This document shows, piece after piece, positions 19,351 to 29,555 of a stretch of 64,000 nt of DNA. This stretch comes from a phage. The stretch is from the sequence record PQ478073.1, one strand, 5' to 3'. Made by a program: the position numbers and the translations under genes. Position 1 is the first letter of the stretch. Each line of letters starts with the position of its first letter. A model generated the notes under the pieces. The model was not told the origin of the DNA and ran no database searches. It saw nothing but the letters and a program-made list of their open reading frames with translations.

Positions 19351-19938
19351 ATGGCATATAAAATAAGAGCAGACCTTAAGGCAATGCAACAAGTTACAGT
19401 ACAGGGTAAAAGTACTGGACTTGGTGTATTAGGTAATAATATGACTTATTACCCAACAAATTCAAATGGGGAATGTACATTCCCCTCTATTACCAAAGAT
19501 GAAGTTAACTTTATTGTCAATGGATTACCACTTACACAATACGGAGAATTGTATGATGACGCTAGTCTAAATATTACTTCATCAGGCTATAGTCTTACAT
19601 TTAATAGACAGATACCATCATTTATTGGTGGTTATCTTTATAAATTTCCAGCAGTTTCTATTTTTGCTTCAACTGTTTCATCTGGAACACAAACACAATA
19701 TGTATATGCAACGTTAGTTCTCGGTGAACCAATTTATAAAATATCACCAACACAAATACAAGAATCTGAAATTATAATGTTTATTGGTACTCTTACTGTA
19801 GGTACAAGTGGTATTACAAATATAAACATTAATAAAGTATCCAGATTTAGTACATATAGACCTAGTGTTACACAAAAAGGTTCTTCATTCCCAGTCAGTA
19901 CTGGAAAACCATCAGAAACTGGTACAATTGGTTGGTAA
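19351..19938 (+). CDS. short tail-fibre-related protein (mini paralog)
   Basis: 195 aa carrying the fibre N-terminal and C-terminal conserved segments (C-term GSSFPVSTG.PS.TGTIGW). Confidence 0.5.
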   Translation: MAYKIRADLKAMQQVTVQGKSTGLGVLGNNMTYYPTNSNGECTFPSITKDEVNFIVNGLPLTQYGELYDDASLNITSSGYSLTFNRQIPSFIGGYLYKFPAVSIFASTVSSGTQTQYVYATLVLGEPIYKISPTQIQESEIIMFIGTLTVGTSGITNININKVSRFSTYRPSVTQKGSSFPVSTGKPSETGTIGW

Positions 19939-19954
19939 ATTAAGGAAAAGAAAG

Positions 19955-22684
19955 ATGTCATCAAAACGAATTATAGGAAGTGCCGAGATCCTTGGGAACT
20001 TGGCAATTGGACAAAGGTACGCTATGCGTACTTTTAATGGAACCTCACCGAATGCCAATACTGGAATTGTTCAATATCCAATATATAAGCGTTCAGAAGT
20101 TCAAAGTATTTTAGATATGTTGCCTATATCACGTGTAGGAGAAATGGATTACTTACCATTAAACGTAAGTGGGTCGTATGAAGGTGCTACACCTATGTCA
20201 AGTGACCAAGTAGTTCAGCCAACAATTATTGAAGATGATGGAACCGCCGTTGTTCTGCGTAGCGGAACCAATGGTAGTACTAAAGGTTTTTATTATTCAT
20301 TTATACGAGAACTCCGAAATATAACTATGATTTCACAAGAAAGTGTTATTTCAACCAATTCAATGTATAAACCTTCAATTATGAGTAGTACTGAAAATAT
20401 TAAGTATTTTATTGGCTCTAATGGTTATGAGATGCTTGGATGTTTAAGTACTGAAGATAATTATATTTTTACTATAACCAATGGCACATTTAACGAAATA
20501 TCACATATTCATGCTAAAGTGCCAAGTACTTCTTTTGGTAATGATATGCCAATATATACACATATTGTTGGGACAAAGGTTTATATTTGGTGTAAAGATA
20601 AAAGTGTTTCTAATTTAGGATTAGCACTTTCAATTTATACAGTAGAGCTAAGTGATGTGAAAGCAAGCTCAATGGCATCATTAACAAAAGTTACTGGGTT
20701 ATCAGGTCAAACTGTTCGAAACACAAGTTATTCTGCATCTAATAACATAAGAGTGTTCGATAAATTATATAGTGTTGGTACTAGCTCGGATTCATTATTC
20801 GAAGTTACATCACCAGTATCACGTGTAGAATTTTCAGACTATACAGACTTTAACATTCAAGCCAACGTTAGTCCTGATTTATCAAAAATACGTGTAACTT
20901 TATATCCAACACATCGAATGGTTACACCTTTGTATATTTCAACAGTTTATGGTACTGGAATAAGTTTTGTTTATAATATAAACTCAAAATCTATGTCACT
21001 AGATGGTAGTGCTCGTGCACCTGCAACTGTTTCATATAATAATGGATTTCAAGTTTCTAACCCATTTGAAATTAATATGGTCAACTTCACAGGGACAACT
21101 GCTGCTGGTGTATTAGGAAACGCAGGTGGTTTATGTCAAACTAAAGATGGTTTGGTATTTGCATCTAAATTTAGATGGAGTTCAACTGAATTTTATGGTC
21201 TACAACGATATAAGGTTAGTGGTACACCGTTTGATTCATGGGTTGCCAGTACTAGAACCGCAAGTAACGTTATAAATGCAAACGTTTTACCAGTTTTTGG
21301 TAGTGCTGTTGGTGCAAACCTTTTAGGTGTACGTTTCATCGATAATAGAAAAATATTATTAGCATGTTCTGGTACGTATGATGATGTAACATATAATTAT
21401 AATAATACTGTTTTTTCTGAAATAGGTTCACAACCAACATATCAATATAACTCAGTTCAAAATAATACTACATTAAATGGTTTTGCACCACAATCTAATC
21501 GTAAACAAATAGGCGATGATTTTACATACACTGCTATGATTTCTCTTGTTGATACCGATGGTAGTGTTAGATGCTATGGAACATCATTCATTGAAGGTGT
21601 ATATAAAACAAGTGGTGGATTATTAAATCCAGATACTTTAGAATTTGATGAAACATATACAATAGAACCAACGGTATTAGAATCATTAAAACAAGATATT
21701 TTTGCTAATATAGGAAACTCTGGCATTGTTGGTACACTATCTGGACAAATTGTATTATATTATGTACCTGATAATACTTTTTCTAAATCCATCGCAGTAG
21801 TTTCAGCATATAATCTTAACAATAACCAAGGTTATGCAATCTATGCCGAAGTTGATGTTGTATTATCTGGAACTAACATAACTTCAGCTACATTGGTGAG
21901 TACTAGATATGAGACACTTAGTTCTGTTACAGGAATTATTACTGAAGCATATATGAAACGTTGTACTGGTCTAACAGTTGCAAAATATTCAGGATTTGGT
22001 TACATTGGTGTTGATGCTGTTCATCAATTTTCACAACCAGGTAATGCACAATTTAAGATGATGATAGCTAAAACAGTAGATGGTGTCATAACATCAAATC
22101 GTTTTTTATCATCTAGTTACATCCAACTTGGTGCAGCATATCAACATGGTGTTATTCCTGGTGTTGGTTTTGGATATTACAATTTTCAAGATTCTGACTA
22201 TCAAACCAAATCTGTATTCAGCGTTTTTGGTACAACATCTGCTGAAATGGATGGTTTAATTAGCGGAAATGGTAGCGTTAAAGAAAAGATTGTGGTAGTA
22301 TCACAAGACGTTGCACAAGGATTCTCAGTGTACTTTACACGTGAAGTTCCGGTGTTTTTAGGTGGAATTTTCGACAGACTACCTATACAAAGTGTTGATT
22401 TAAGTACTGTAAAAAGTAACCCAGCTAATACTACGTTCTATTTGTATATACAAATGAACAGGAATACTAAGAAAGCGTCATATGTTATTAGTACTGAAAC
22501 AATTGATGAATCTTTAACTAGCACTTACATTGGTAAGATAGTTACTGGAACTTCAGGAATAACTTCAATTGATACAGAAAAAGTAACTCGTTTTTTGACA
22601 TATCGTCCAAGTACAACGAAACGTGGTTCAGCGATACCTGCCAGTACTGGTGTACCATCAGGTCCAGGTACACGTTGGAAATAA
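19955..22684 (+). CDS. tail fibre protein (paralog family)
   Basis: start re-placed at ATG 19955 (AAGGAAAAG RBS); shared VVSQDVAQGF...KSNPANTTFY block with 16643 gene. Confidence 0.6.
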   Translation: MSSKRIIGSAEILGNLAIGQRYAMRTFNGTSPNANTGIVQYPIYKRSEVQSILDMLPISRVGEMDYLPLNVSGSYEGATPMSSDQVVQPTIIEDDGTAVVLRSGTNGSTKGFYYSFIRELRNITMISQESVISTNSMYKPSIMSSTENIKYFIGSNGYEMLGCLSTEDNYIFTITNGTFNEISHIHAKVPSTSFGNDMPIYTHIVGTKVYIWCKDKSVSNLGLALSIYTVELSDVKASSMASLTKVTGLSGQTVRNTSYSASNNIRVFDKLYSVGTSSDSLFEVTSPVSRVEFSDYTDFNIQANVSPDLSKIRVTLYPTHRMVTPLYISTVYGTGISFVYNINSKSMSLDGSARAPATVSYNNGFQVSNPFEINMVNFTGTTAAGVLGNAGGLCQTKDGLVFASKFRWSSTEFYGLQRYKVSGTPFDSWVASTRTASNVINANVLPVFGSAVGANLLGVRFIDNRKILLACSGTYDDVTYNYNNTVFSEIGSQPTYQYNSVQNNTTLNGFAPQSNRKQIGDDFTYTAMISLVDTDGSVRCYGTSFIEGVYKTSGGLLNPDTLEFDETYTIEPTVLESLKQDIFANIGNSGIVGTLSGQIVLYYVPDNTFSKSIAVVSAYNLNNNQGYAIYAEVDVVLSGTNITSATLVSTRYETLSSVTGIITEAYMKRCTGLTVAKYSGFGYIGVDAVHQFSQPGNAQFKMMIAKTVDGVITSNRFLSSSYIQLGAAYQHGVIPGVGFGYYNFQDSDYQTKSVFSVFGTTSAEMDGLISGNGSVKEKIVVVSQDVAQGFSVYFTREVPVFLGGIFDRLPIQSVDLSTVKSNPANTTFYLYIQMNRNTKKASYVISTETIDESLTSTYIGKIVTGTSGITSIDTEKVTRFLTYRPSTTKRGSAIPASTGVPSGPGTRWK

Positions 22685-22690
22685 ATTTAA

Positions 22691-22718
22691 AGCTCGTCTA
22701 TTGACGGGCTTTTCTTTT
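22691..22718 (+). terminator. intrinsic terminator (overlaps -35 of next promoter)
   Basis: 8-bp stem, T-rich tail. Confidence 0.45.
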
Positions 22719-22729
22719 ATGTGTATAAT
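22701..22729 (+). promoter_or_regulatory. sigma70-type promoter (TTGACG N17 TATAAT)
   Basis: hexamers upstream of 22752 gene. Confidence 0.5.
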
Positions 22730-22751
22730 TGAATAAAAATAGGAGGAAATT

Positions 22752-23318
22752 ATGGTCAAAACTTTATTACCACCACCAAAACGTCACAAAATCAAAGAAA
22801 TGAAAGAACAACGTACATTAAAGATGTACAACAATTTAGTTAAGTTACTGTGTAAAAGTCCATCGCTCAAAGCAGAGTTTAAAACTGATGATGACCGTAA
22901 AGCACTAATTGAGATGAAATATATGCTCAGTAAAATGTCCTTTTACAAATTTGTAAAAGAATACGCATCTGACCCATTTAGTCCTCGTTGGAGAGCCAAA
23001 CCAAGAGAGTATTTTTACGGTGGTTCATATACAGATCGCATTCAAGACACAGTGATGGGAGTTGAATTTGAAATCGATTATGAGCCGAATGGTGAGGAAA
23101 TCTTGCAGATTGAGAAACGTTTACCAAGTGAAGAAGAAATTTATGTTTATGCAAGAAAACTTTCAACTTACAGTTCAAGAATTACTCTAGGCAATTTAGA
23201 TTCATTAATTATTTTCTATACACGTGTTGGTGTAGATAAGATGGTAACTAAACTCAATGAACTTTCATTACAACAAAAACAGATTAATGCATACAAAGAC
23301 ATTACTGATTTATACTAA
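22752..23318 (+). CDS. hypothetical protein, member 1 of tandem paralog triplet
   Basis: AGGAGG RBS; shared motif TDDDRKALIEMKYMLSK. Confidence 0.5.
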   Translation: MVKTLLPPPKRHKIKEMKEQRTLKMYNNLVKLLCKSPSLKAEFKTDDDRKALIEMKYMLSKMSFYKFVKEYASDPFSPRWRAKPREYFYGGSYTDRIQDTVMGVEFEIDYEPNGEEILQIEKRLPSEEEIYVYARKLSTYSSRITLGNLDSLIIFYTRVGVDKMVTKLNELSLQQKQINAYKDITDLY

Positions 23319-23324
23319 TGAGGA

Positions 23325-23846
23325 ATGGATATGTTTTTTGGATCAGTTGGAAAACAAAACAGTACTTTAATTTGGCATGAAATTATCTTTAAAATTATAT
23401 CTAAAAGCTACTCACTAAAGGATATTATCACCACAGATAATGATAGACGTATCCTGTTAGATGCAAAATATAAATTGAGCAAACACCCTTTACTTTCTTT
23501 AATCATTGATTACGTTAATGATTATGAATCTAGTCGTTGGAAGTGGGAAGACGGCGGTTTATTTCGTGGAAAAACATTCTACGGTGCGGAACGATATGTT
23601 TTCAGTGATGCATCAAATGGCGTTAAGTTTGTTATTAGAAACTTTAACTCCAAAGAAAATGATTATCTTGAAAGTGGAGTGAAAGTATATATCGATAATA
23701 ATAGCAATGTCCTAACATATGACGAATCACTAATTATGTTACAAATAATGCGTGGTGTTGAAGGTGTAAGAAACAACCTTACTAAATTGAAAATCCAGCA
23801 AAATGATATACATAATAGACAGAAAATTAAGGGTTTATATAAATGA
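23325..23846 (+). CDS. hypothetical protein, member 2 of tandem paralog triplet
   Basis: motif TDNDRRILLDAKYKLSK. Confidence 0.5.
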   Translation: MDMFFGSVGKQNSTLIWHEIIFKIISKSYSLKDIITTDNDRRILLDAKYKLSKHPLLSLIIDYVNDYESSRWKWEDGGLFRGKTFYGAERYVFSDASNGVKFVIRNFNSKENDYLESGVKVYIDNNSNVLTYDESLIMLQIMRGVEGVRNNLTKLKIQQNDIHNRQKIKGLYK

Positions 23847-24352
23847 TTTCATTTTTCAAAAAGAAACAAAAAGTTGATGAAACAGGATTAGAATCGTTTC
23901 TATGGACTCTTATCATCAAAAAAAGTCCATTGATAAAAGAATATGCTATCAATGATGCTAATAGAAAAACTATCATTGAATACAAATACGAATTATCAAA
24001 ATGTGATCCAATCGTTTATCACTTTGCGAAGTACTGTTCAAAAAATTTATCGGATATCACAATAGACCATGAGTCAGTTCCAATGAGCTTTCCTTATGGT
24101 GATTGGGTAGATACTTTTGATATTTTTGATGGGTCCAATGGATTCAGTTTCTTTTACTCGTCAAATAAAGCAAATGTTCGTATTAAAACAGAGATAGGTT
24201 GGGCACAGCATAGCTCAAATAAAGAAGATTATAATTTACTAGCTGACGTATACCGAAGTGTGAAGAATTCAAAGGATATTGATGAAAGAATTAAAAAGCA
24301 AAATCGTATTTCTTTATCACTTGAAACATACAAGTCAAAGTATGGTGGTTAA
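23843..24352 (+). CDS. hypothetical protein, member 3 of tandem paralog triplet
   Basis: motif NDANRKTIIEYKYELSK; ATGA coupling. Confidence 0.5.
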   Translation: MISFFKKKQKVDETGLESFLWTLIIKKSPLIKEYAINDANRKTIIEYKYELSKCDPIVYHFAKYCSKNLSDITIDHESVPMSFPYGDWVDTFDIFDGSNGFSFFYSSNKANVRIKTEIGWAQHSSNKEDYNLLADVYRSVKNSKDIDERIKKQNRISLSLETYKSKYGG

Positions 24353-24354
24353 CG

Positions 24355-24756
24355 ATGACTACAGTTGATGATATCTACAGCACTATACGCAATATGAGTA
24401 CAGATAGAAAAGTATTTGGTGATAAAGAAAAATCTAAGTGTTATGGTATTGATTCTTTTGATATAATTTCTTATGAGTACAACACGAGTGGAAATAGTTC
24501 ACTGAATATCGTCTGCCCTCGTGACCCAGAAAATAATTTTATGTATGTTGAAATTAATAATGATGGAATATTTTTTACAAAAGTTTTTAAAGGTGGAATT
24601 AATTACGAACCAATTGAATGTATGAATGAAGAAACTTTCTTTCAAGAAGATACAATTATCAATTTAGGTTTTAGTTTTGATGATTATAAAACATTAGAAC
24701 ATGACTTTAATCGTTATTATAACGGTTTCTTAAAGGAGTTAACAATTTATCTATGA
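24355..24756 (+). CDS. hypothetical protein
   Basis: ATG 24355, coupled to next gene. Confidence 0.45.
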   Translation: MTTVDDIYSTIRNMSTDRKVFGDKEKSKCYGIDSFDIISYEYNTSGNSSLNIVCPRDPENNFMYVEINNDGIFFTKVFKGGINYEPIECMNEETFFQEDTIINLGFSFDDYKTLEHDFNRYYNGFLKELTIYL

Positions 24757-25985
24757 ATAACCAATATGTTGAACAAACAATAGTGAAACACTTGGCTGGG
24801 TCACAAGCCTACGGAACCAGTACACCTGAAAGTGATACTGATTATCGTGGTATTTTTCTTGCTAATAAAGAATTTATTCTTACGCCATTCTATAAGGTCA
24901 AAGAAGTAGCTGATAAAAATGAAGAAGATACTAAATTCTATGAGTTAAATCAGTATTTAAAATTATACACTGAAGCCAACCCTAATATATTGGAATCACT
25001 ATGGGTCGATCCAGAACACATTGTAGAAAGTACTGAGATTTATGACTATCTTCGTTCATTTAACCAAAAACTTCTTAGTTCCAAGATTGCATTTTCATAC
25101 ACTGGATATGCATATAATCAGATTAAGCGTATGACAAATCATCACGGTTGGATGGATAAAGAGCGTATTGCTGAAAAACGATTAAATGAGATTTTAGAAG
25201 AACACCCTGTCGATGAGGTTCTTGCGTGGATGTATGATTCATTCCCACAGTATCTTGTTGAACGTTTAGATACATCCAACTTACATCCATTTAATGCTAA
25301 AAAGATTGATTTTGAAAAATATATGCGTGATACGTCATTGCAGTTAGTTTCGAAAAATCCATTAAAGCAATATCATTTTGTAAGATTAGTGCATAACTAC
25401 ACTACTGAAAAAATTCTTGATCGTGATTTCAATTTATTGAATTTTAATAATGGTTATGAACTAATTCATTACGGAGAAAACATTTTTGCGATTATTAAAA
25501 ATCCGAATGAAAGCACTATCAACGGTGATGGATCATTGCGTTATTTTTCTAAAGAGCGTAGTACTGAAGAGTTGAAAACCAAACCAGAACTAATTGTCAA
25601 ATTTAACGAAAAAGAATATCAGGAAAATAGTGAGAATAGGAAAAGTTATCATAAATGGAAAGAAAATCGTAATGCCAAACGTGCTATTTTAGAATCACAA
25701 CACGGATACGATTGTAAACATGCTATGCACACAATCCGACTTTTGAATAGTGCAGAAGAAGCATTACAAAGTGGAATTATTCAAGTTAAACGACCAGATG
25801 CACAAATGTTGATGGATATTCGTAATGGTAAATGGAAGTATGAAGAAGTATTAGAATATTTCGATGATAAAGTACAATACATTCGTGATGTTCTATATAA
25901 GAAATCAGTACTTCCTAAAAAACCAAACATCAAGTTAGCATCAAAAATTATCATTGATATTAGAGAAATGCAATGGTATAAGTAA
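24753..25985 (+). CDS. Pol-beta superfamily nucleotidyltransferase
   Basis: N-terminal GSQAYGTSTPESDTDYRG (GS...DxD nucleotidyltransferase signature). Confidence 0.5.
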   Translation: MNNQYVEQTIVKHLAGSQAYGTSTPESDTDYRGIFLANKEFILTPFYKVKEVADKNEEDTKFYELNQYLKLYTEANPNILESLWVDPEHIVESTEIYDYLRSFNQKLLSSKIAFSYTGYAYNQIKRMTNHHGWMDKERIAEKRLNEILEEHPVDEVLAWMYDSFPQYLVERLDTSNLHPFNAKKIDFEKYMRDTSLQLVSKNPLKQYHFVRLVHNYTTEKILDRDFNLLNFNNGYELIHYGENIFAIIKNPNESTINGDGSLRYFSKERSTEELKTKPELIVKFNEKEYQENSENRKSYHKWKENRNAKRAILESQHGYDCKHAMHTIRLLNSAEEALQSGIIQVKRPDAQMLMDIRNGKWKYEEVLEYFDDKVQYIRDVLYKKSVLPKKPNIKLASKIIIDIREMQWYK

Positions 25986-26153
25986 CATATACAAGTGTAA
26001 TGGTACTAAAAATGCCATTACACTCAATAAATACTCAATATAAATTAACACAAGGATTAAGTATGGCACAACAAATTTTCACAGATATCCACACTACCGG
26101 AGTTATTAAATTTCAAAATAATTTTTCAGGTGCAACTGGTGTAGACATTAAAA

Positions 26154-26690
26154 ATGATGGTTTTAACATTGTCAGTACTCGGATCTATTGATGGTGAAGA
26201 TAGTTCTCTTAGTGATTCTGTGATTGCATCATTCGGAACTAATAAAAACAGTTCTTTTATTATATCTGGATGGACTGGAATGACTGATTCTGAAAATAAT
26301 GTTAAGATAAAAGCTAAAGCTACTAACGAGAATCATGAAACAGAATGGGTAACATTATATGATAGTGCAAGTAATAAGTTATATAATGTATTAAGTTCTA
26401 ATAATATTTTAATTAATCCACTGTCGGGCAATGCTGTTTTTAATATTAATTTATCTGATAGAAATACTACTATTTCGATTGGTGCGGCTCCTACTGAAGT
26501 TTATTCAATTACCATCCTATTAACACAACAAACAGGTTCAAACCTAGTTAATTGGGGTTCTAATGTTAAATGGTCATATAACAGACCAGTTGTTCTTTCT
26601 TATGAAATTGGTGAAAAAGATATTATTTCATTAGAAACATATGATAAAGGAGTTACATGGTACGGTGCATTAATTAGAGCAGGAGTATGA
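26154..26690 (+). CDS. hypothetical protein (possibly fused by frameshift to small upstream ORF 26063-26191)
   Basis: ATG 26154; upstream 43-aa ORF in another frame overlaps the start. Confidence 0.4.
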   Translation: MMVLTLSVLGSIDGEDSSLSDSVIASFGTNKNSSFIISGWTGMTDSENNVKIKAKATNENHETEWVTLYDSASNKLYNVLSSNNILINPLSGNAVFNINLSDRNTTISIGAAPTEVYSITILLTQQTGSNLVNWGSNVKWSYNRPVVLSYEIGEKDIISLETYDKGVTWYGALIRAGV

Positions 26691-26691
26691 T

Positions 26692-29481
26692 ATGTTAAAC
26701 AATAATATTGATAATATTGTACAACTTCTTTATGGGCATCACAAATTTATTGAAAGAAATACTGGTGATACAATAGACCCAACAGTACAACATTATGTGG
26801 TGAATAATCAGGGTGTTTTGGCGAACAACCGTCATTTTATTAACTATTCTGCAATGGAAGGTCAACCAAACGGTGACGGGACAACAGAAGGTCAAAGTCT
26901 ATTAATTTTAGGATACATTTATGCGTATCTGGCAACAAATGATCCAATGTTTTTAGATAAAGCCAAATGGTACTGGGATGCATATCATCAGTACTTTTAT
27001 GCTGGACGTGAATTACCAGATCCACCTACACCACTACAATGTAACTGGATAGTTAATGCCAAAGAACCTATATTGGCTAACTGGCCTTTAGCTGATGATG
27101 GATGGCCTACACATGGTGGTTTCAAGGGTGTAGAATTTACATTTACAAATGGACAATGTAAAATACCACATGGTGCACCTTATTATGGTCAGTTCTTGGA
27201 TAAAGTAACATTTGCATTCAAAGGTGCTTTAGCATGGAACCAAATAAATGCGTCAGTAAAAGCATTATTACCAGATGGTAGTGTTGATTGGGATACACCA
27301 GGTGAACAATATGATGTTGACTGGATTATCGATTTCATGGGTAGAAAAATCGACTGGGATGGTAATATTTTAGCAGAAGGTTTTGACGAATCTGAAAAAG
27401 GAACTGTTCAATTAAAGAATACAACAATTAATGGTGTATATAAATTAAATTTTGCAAATCGTCAACCAGTAGAATATGGTGGTGTGATAATTCAACGAAA
27501 TGAAATGCAACACAACCGCCCACTTCATGTTCCAATTGATTTGGAATTTGCGGATAACGCATCAGATGCAGAATTGTGGTTTAGTGATGCTTCTTATTTG
27601 TTATATAAAATAACAAAAGAAAGAAAACATTATTTGGGTTGGAAATGTTCACTACTAACGTGTTATGCTTATGGTGATATTGACTCCAGAGATAAATTTT
27701 TCAGACAAAGTACAATTGTAACCACACCATTCACTGATGGTATTTCCTATGAATATTTTTATCCAAGTGATGCTATTGCTAAGTTTGGTAGAAATTCTCT
27801 AGGATATATTACTATCAGGCAAGACCAAAGTGCACAAAGTACAATGGAACAACAAGCTATTTGGTTCAGGGTCAATGCTGATTCTAAATTACTTGTAGAC
27901 TATGGTGGTGTATGTGATGATGGTAAGCCGTTATCATTTAAACCAGTACTTGAATTGTCAAAAACAAAAAATGACCATGATGTTGTTCGTTATCGTTGTG
28001 GCTTACCGGAAAGTAAAGACCAAAATATCACACATTCATTAACACCTTTAAGTGCATTTGTTAGAGAAAAGAAAGCAGATGGTTCCCCTTATATAATTGC
28101 TGATAGTAGAATTGTTGTTCCTTATGGTGCAGCTACGTCCGAAATGATATATAGTACTGATATATTAGTTACACGCCGCGATACCATTAATCAGTTAGTT
28201 TGTGGTGAAGATGATGGTGCTGTTATTGGATTTTGGCTATTAGCAACAAATAAGTCTGAAGTTAAATCTTTTACCTATCGTTCATATGAAGATGATTACA
28301 ATATAAGAATTGTAGATGATAATGGTTGGAGATGGTGGTGGATGATTCCTGCAACACACGGGGAATGGACTACAATCACACTAAGTCCCGATACATTACG
28401 TTTATCTGGGTATCAGCCAAATCATCCAAGTTCTGACCCAAGACCAGATGCACCAGTTTATAGTGAACTAGAAGATATTACTATTTTACCTGATACAACC
28501 CCAGTAGATGGTGTTGCTGCAATAATTGATTGGTATTGTATTAATGACATTCCAGAATTATACACGGATGCTGACGGTGATGACTATACTATGACATTTT
28601 CAATAACAATTGCAGGTGAATCACCATATACTGCACAGTTAGGGGATTGTGTAATCAAAGATTATTTGTTAAACTCATTGCATTACACACCAGGAACAAT
28701 ACCATTTTCTAACATCACTGACCCGTATGCGAACCAGTATTCAGGATGGCGTGGTTTACCGTATCCAGGTTATCAATATCCTGTGATATATTGTTTTAAA
28801 GACCAGCCAGTAGATAACACACGCTTAGGAAACATGTTAAGCTTTATGAAAGATTCCCAAACATGGTTTACTCAACAATTCGGTACTGTTGGTCCGTGTG
28901 CACAAGCATATGTTTGGAACCGCTGGGATAACTTAAAATATGGTGAACCAGATACATTTACTATGCTACATTGGGGTGATCAAGCATGGAGTGGGTATGA
29001 ACCACGTGCGTTCTTTGGGGCTGCCAGAGCATGGCAAGAACTCGCAGAGAGAGGAATTGAACCACCAGCAGATCTTGTTGAATTTTGTGAGAATTGGATT
29101 CACTTTTTAATTCAATTTCAAAAAGATAATGATGGTCGTTCACCAACAATCTTCAATAAAGATGGCACAGTTGAAGGTCCAGATTGGGACTTTACAGGTC
29201 ATATGTGTGGGTTGTGGTTAGCTGGGGCTTGTGCTGCTGGATTGGCTGGATGTAAAATAGAAGGTCTAACAACACTCGCTGATAACTTAGTTCTCGAACT
29301 TCAAAAGAATTATGTTATTGTAAATCCAGGTTCACCAATGAATGGTTCATGGAGTCCAGCAGTTAGAGAAGGTACTGATAATGGTATGTTTTTTGGTTTC
29401 TGGGCAGGTGAGATTATGCGTGGATTGGGATTATACTCAATGTACCGCTTAAACACACCAAATCGTTTCCGTGATTTATAA
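26692..29481 (+). CDS. large tail-associated protein, possibly carbohydrate-active
   Basis: 929 aa, aromatic-rich, in the fibre module; enzyme assignment is a guess. Confidence 0.45.
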   Translation: MLNNNIDNIVQLLYGHHKFIERNTGDTIDPTVQHYVVNNQGVLANNRHFINYSAMEGQPNGDGTTEGQSLLILGYIYAYLATNDPMFLDKAKWYWDAYHQYFYAGRELPDPPTPLQCNWIVNAKEPILANWPLADDGWPTHGGFKGVEFTFTNGQCKIPHGAPYYGQFLDKVTFAFKGALAWNQINASVKALLPDGSVDWDTPGEQYDVDWIIDFMGRKIDWDGNILAEGFDESEKGTVQLKNTTINGVYKLNFANRQPVEYGGVIIQRNEMQHNRPLHVPIDLEFADNASDAELWFSDASYLLYKITKERKHYLGWKCSLLTCYAYGDIDSRDKFFRQSTIVTTPFTDGISYEYFYPSDAIAKFGRNSLGYITIRQDQSAQSTMEQQAIWFRVNADSKLLVDYGGVCDDGKPLSFKPVLELSKTKNDHDVVRYRCGLPESKDQNITHSLTPLSAFVREKKADGSPYIIADSRIVVPYGAATSEMIYSTDILVTRRDTINQLVCGEDDGAVIGFWLLATNKSEVKSFTYRSYEDDYNIRIVDDNGWRWWWMIPATHGEWTTITLSPDTLRLSGYQPNHPSSDPRPDAPVYSELEDITILPDTTPVDGVAAIIDWYCINDIPELYTDADGDDYTMTFSITIAGESPYTAQLGDCVIKDYLLNSLHYTPGTIPFSNITDPYANQYSGWRGLPYPGYQYPVIYCFKDQPVDNTRLGNMLSFMKDSQTWFTQQFGTVGPCAQAYVWNRWDNLKYGEPDTFTMLHWGDQAWSGYEPRAFFGAARAWQELAERGIEPPADLVEFCENWIHFLIQFQKDNDGRSPTIFNKDGTVEGPDWDFTGHMCGLWLAGACAAGLAGCKIEGLTTLADNLVLELQKNYVIVNPGSPMNGSWSPAVREGTDNGMFFGFWAGEIMRGLGLYSMYRLNTPNRFRDL

Positions 29482-29482
29482 C

Positions 29483-29511
29483 TTGACATAGAAAAAGTAA
29501 TTATGTATAAT
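29483..29511 (+). promoter_or_regulatory. sigma70-type promoter (TTGACA N17 TATAAT)
   Basis: consensus hexamers; predicted start site falls inside stem of terminator 29514-29542. Confidence 0.55.
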
Positions 29512-29513
29512 CA

Positions 29514-29542
29514 GAGAACTTCATATGGAGTTCTCTTTTTTT
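29514..29542 (+). terminator. intrinsic terminator
   Basis: 9-bp stem, ATAT loop, T7. Confidence 0.6.
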
Positions 29543-29555
29543 ATAAGGTGATAAA

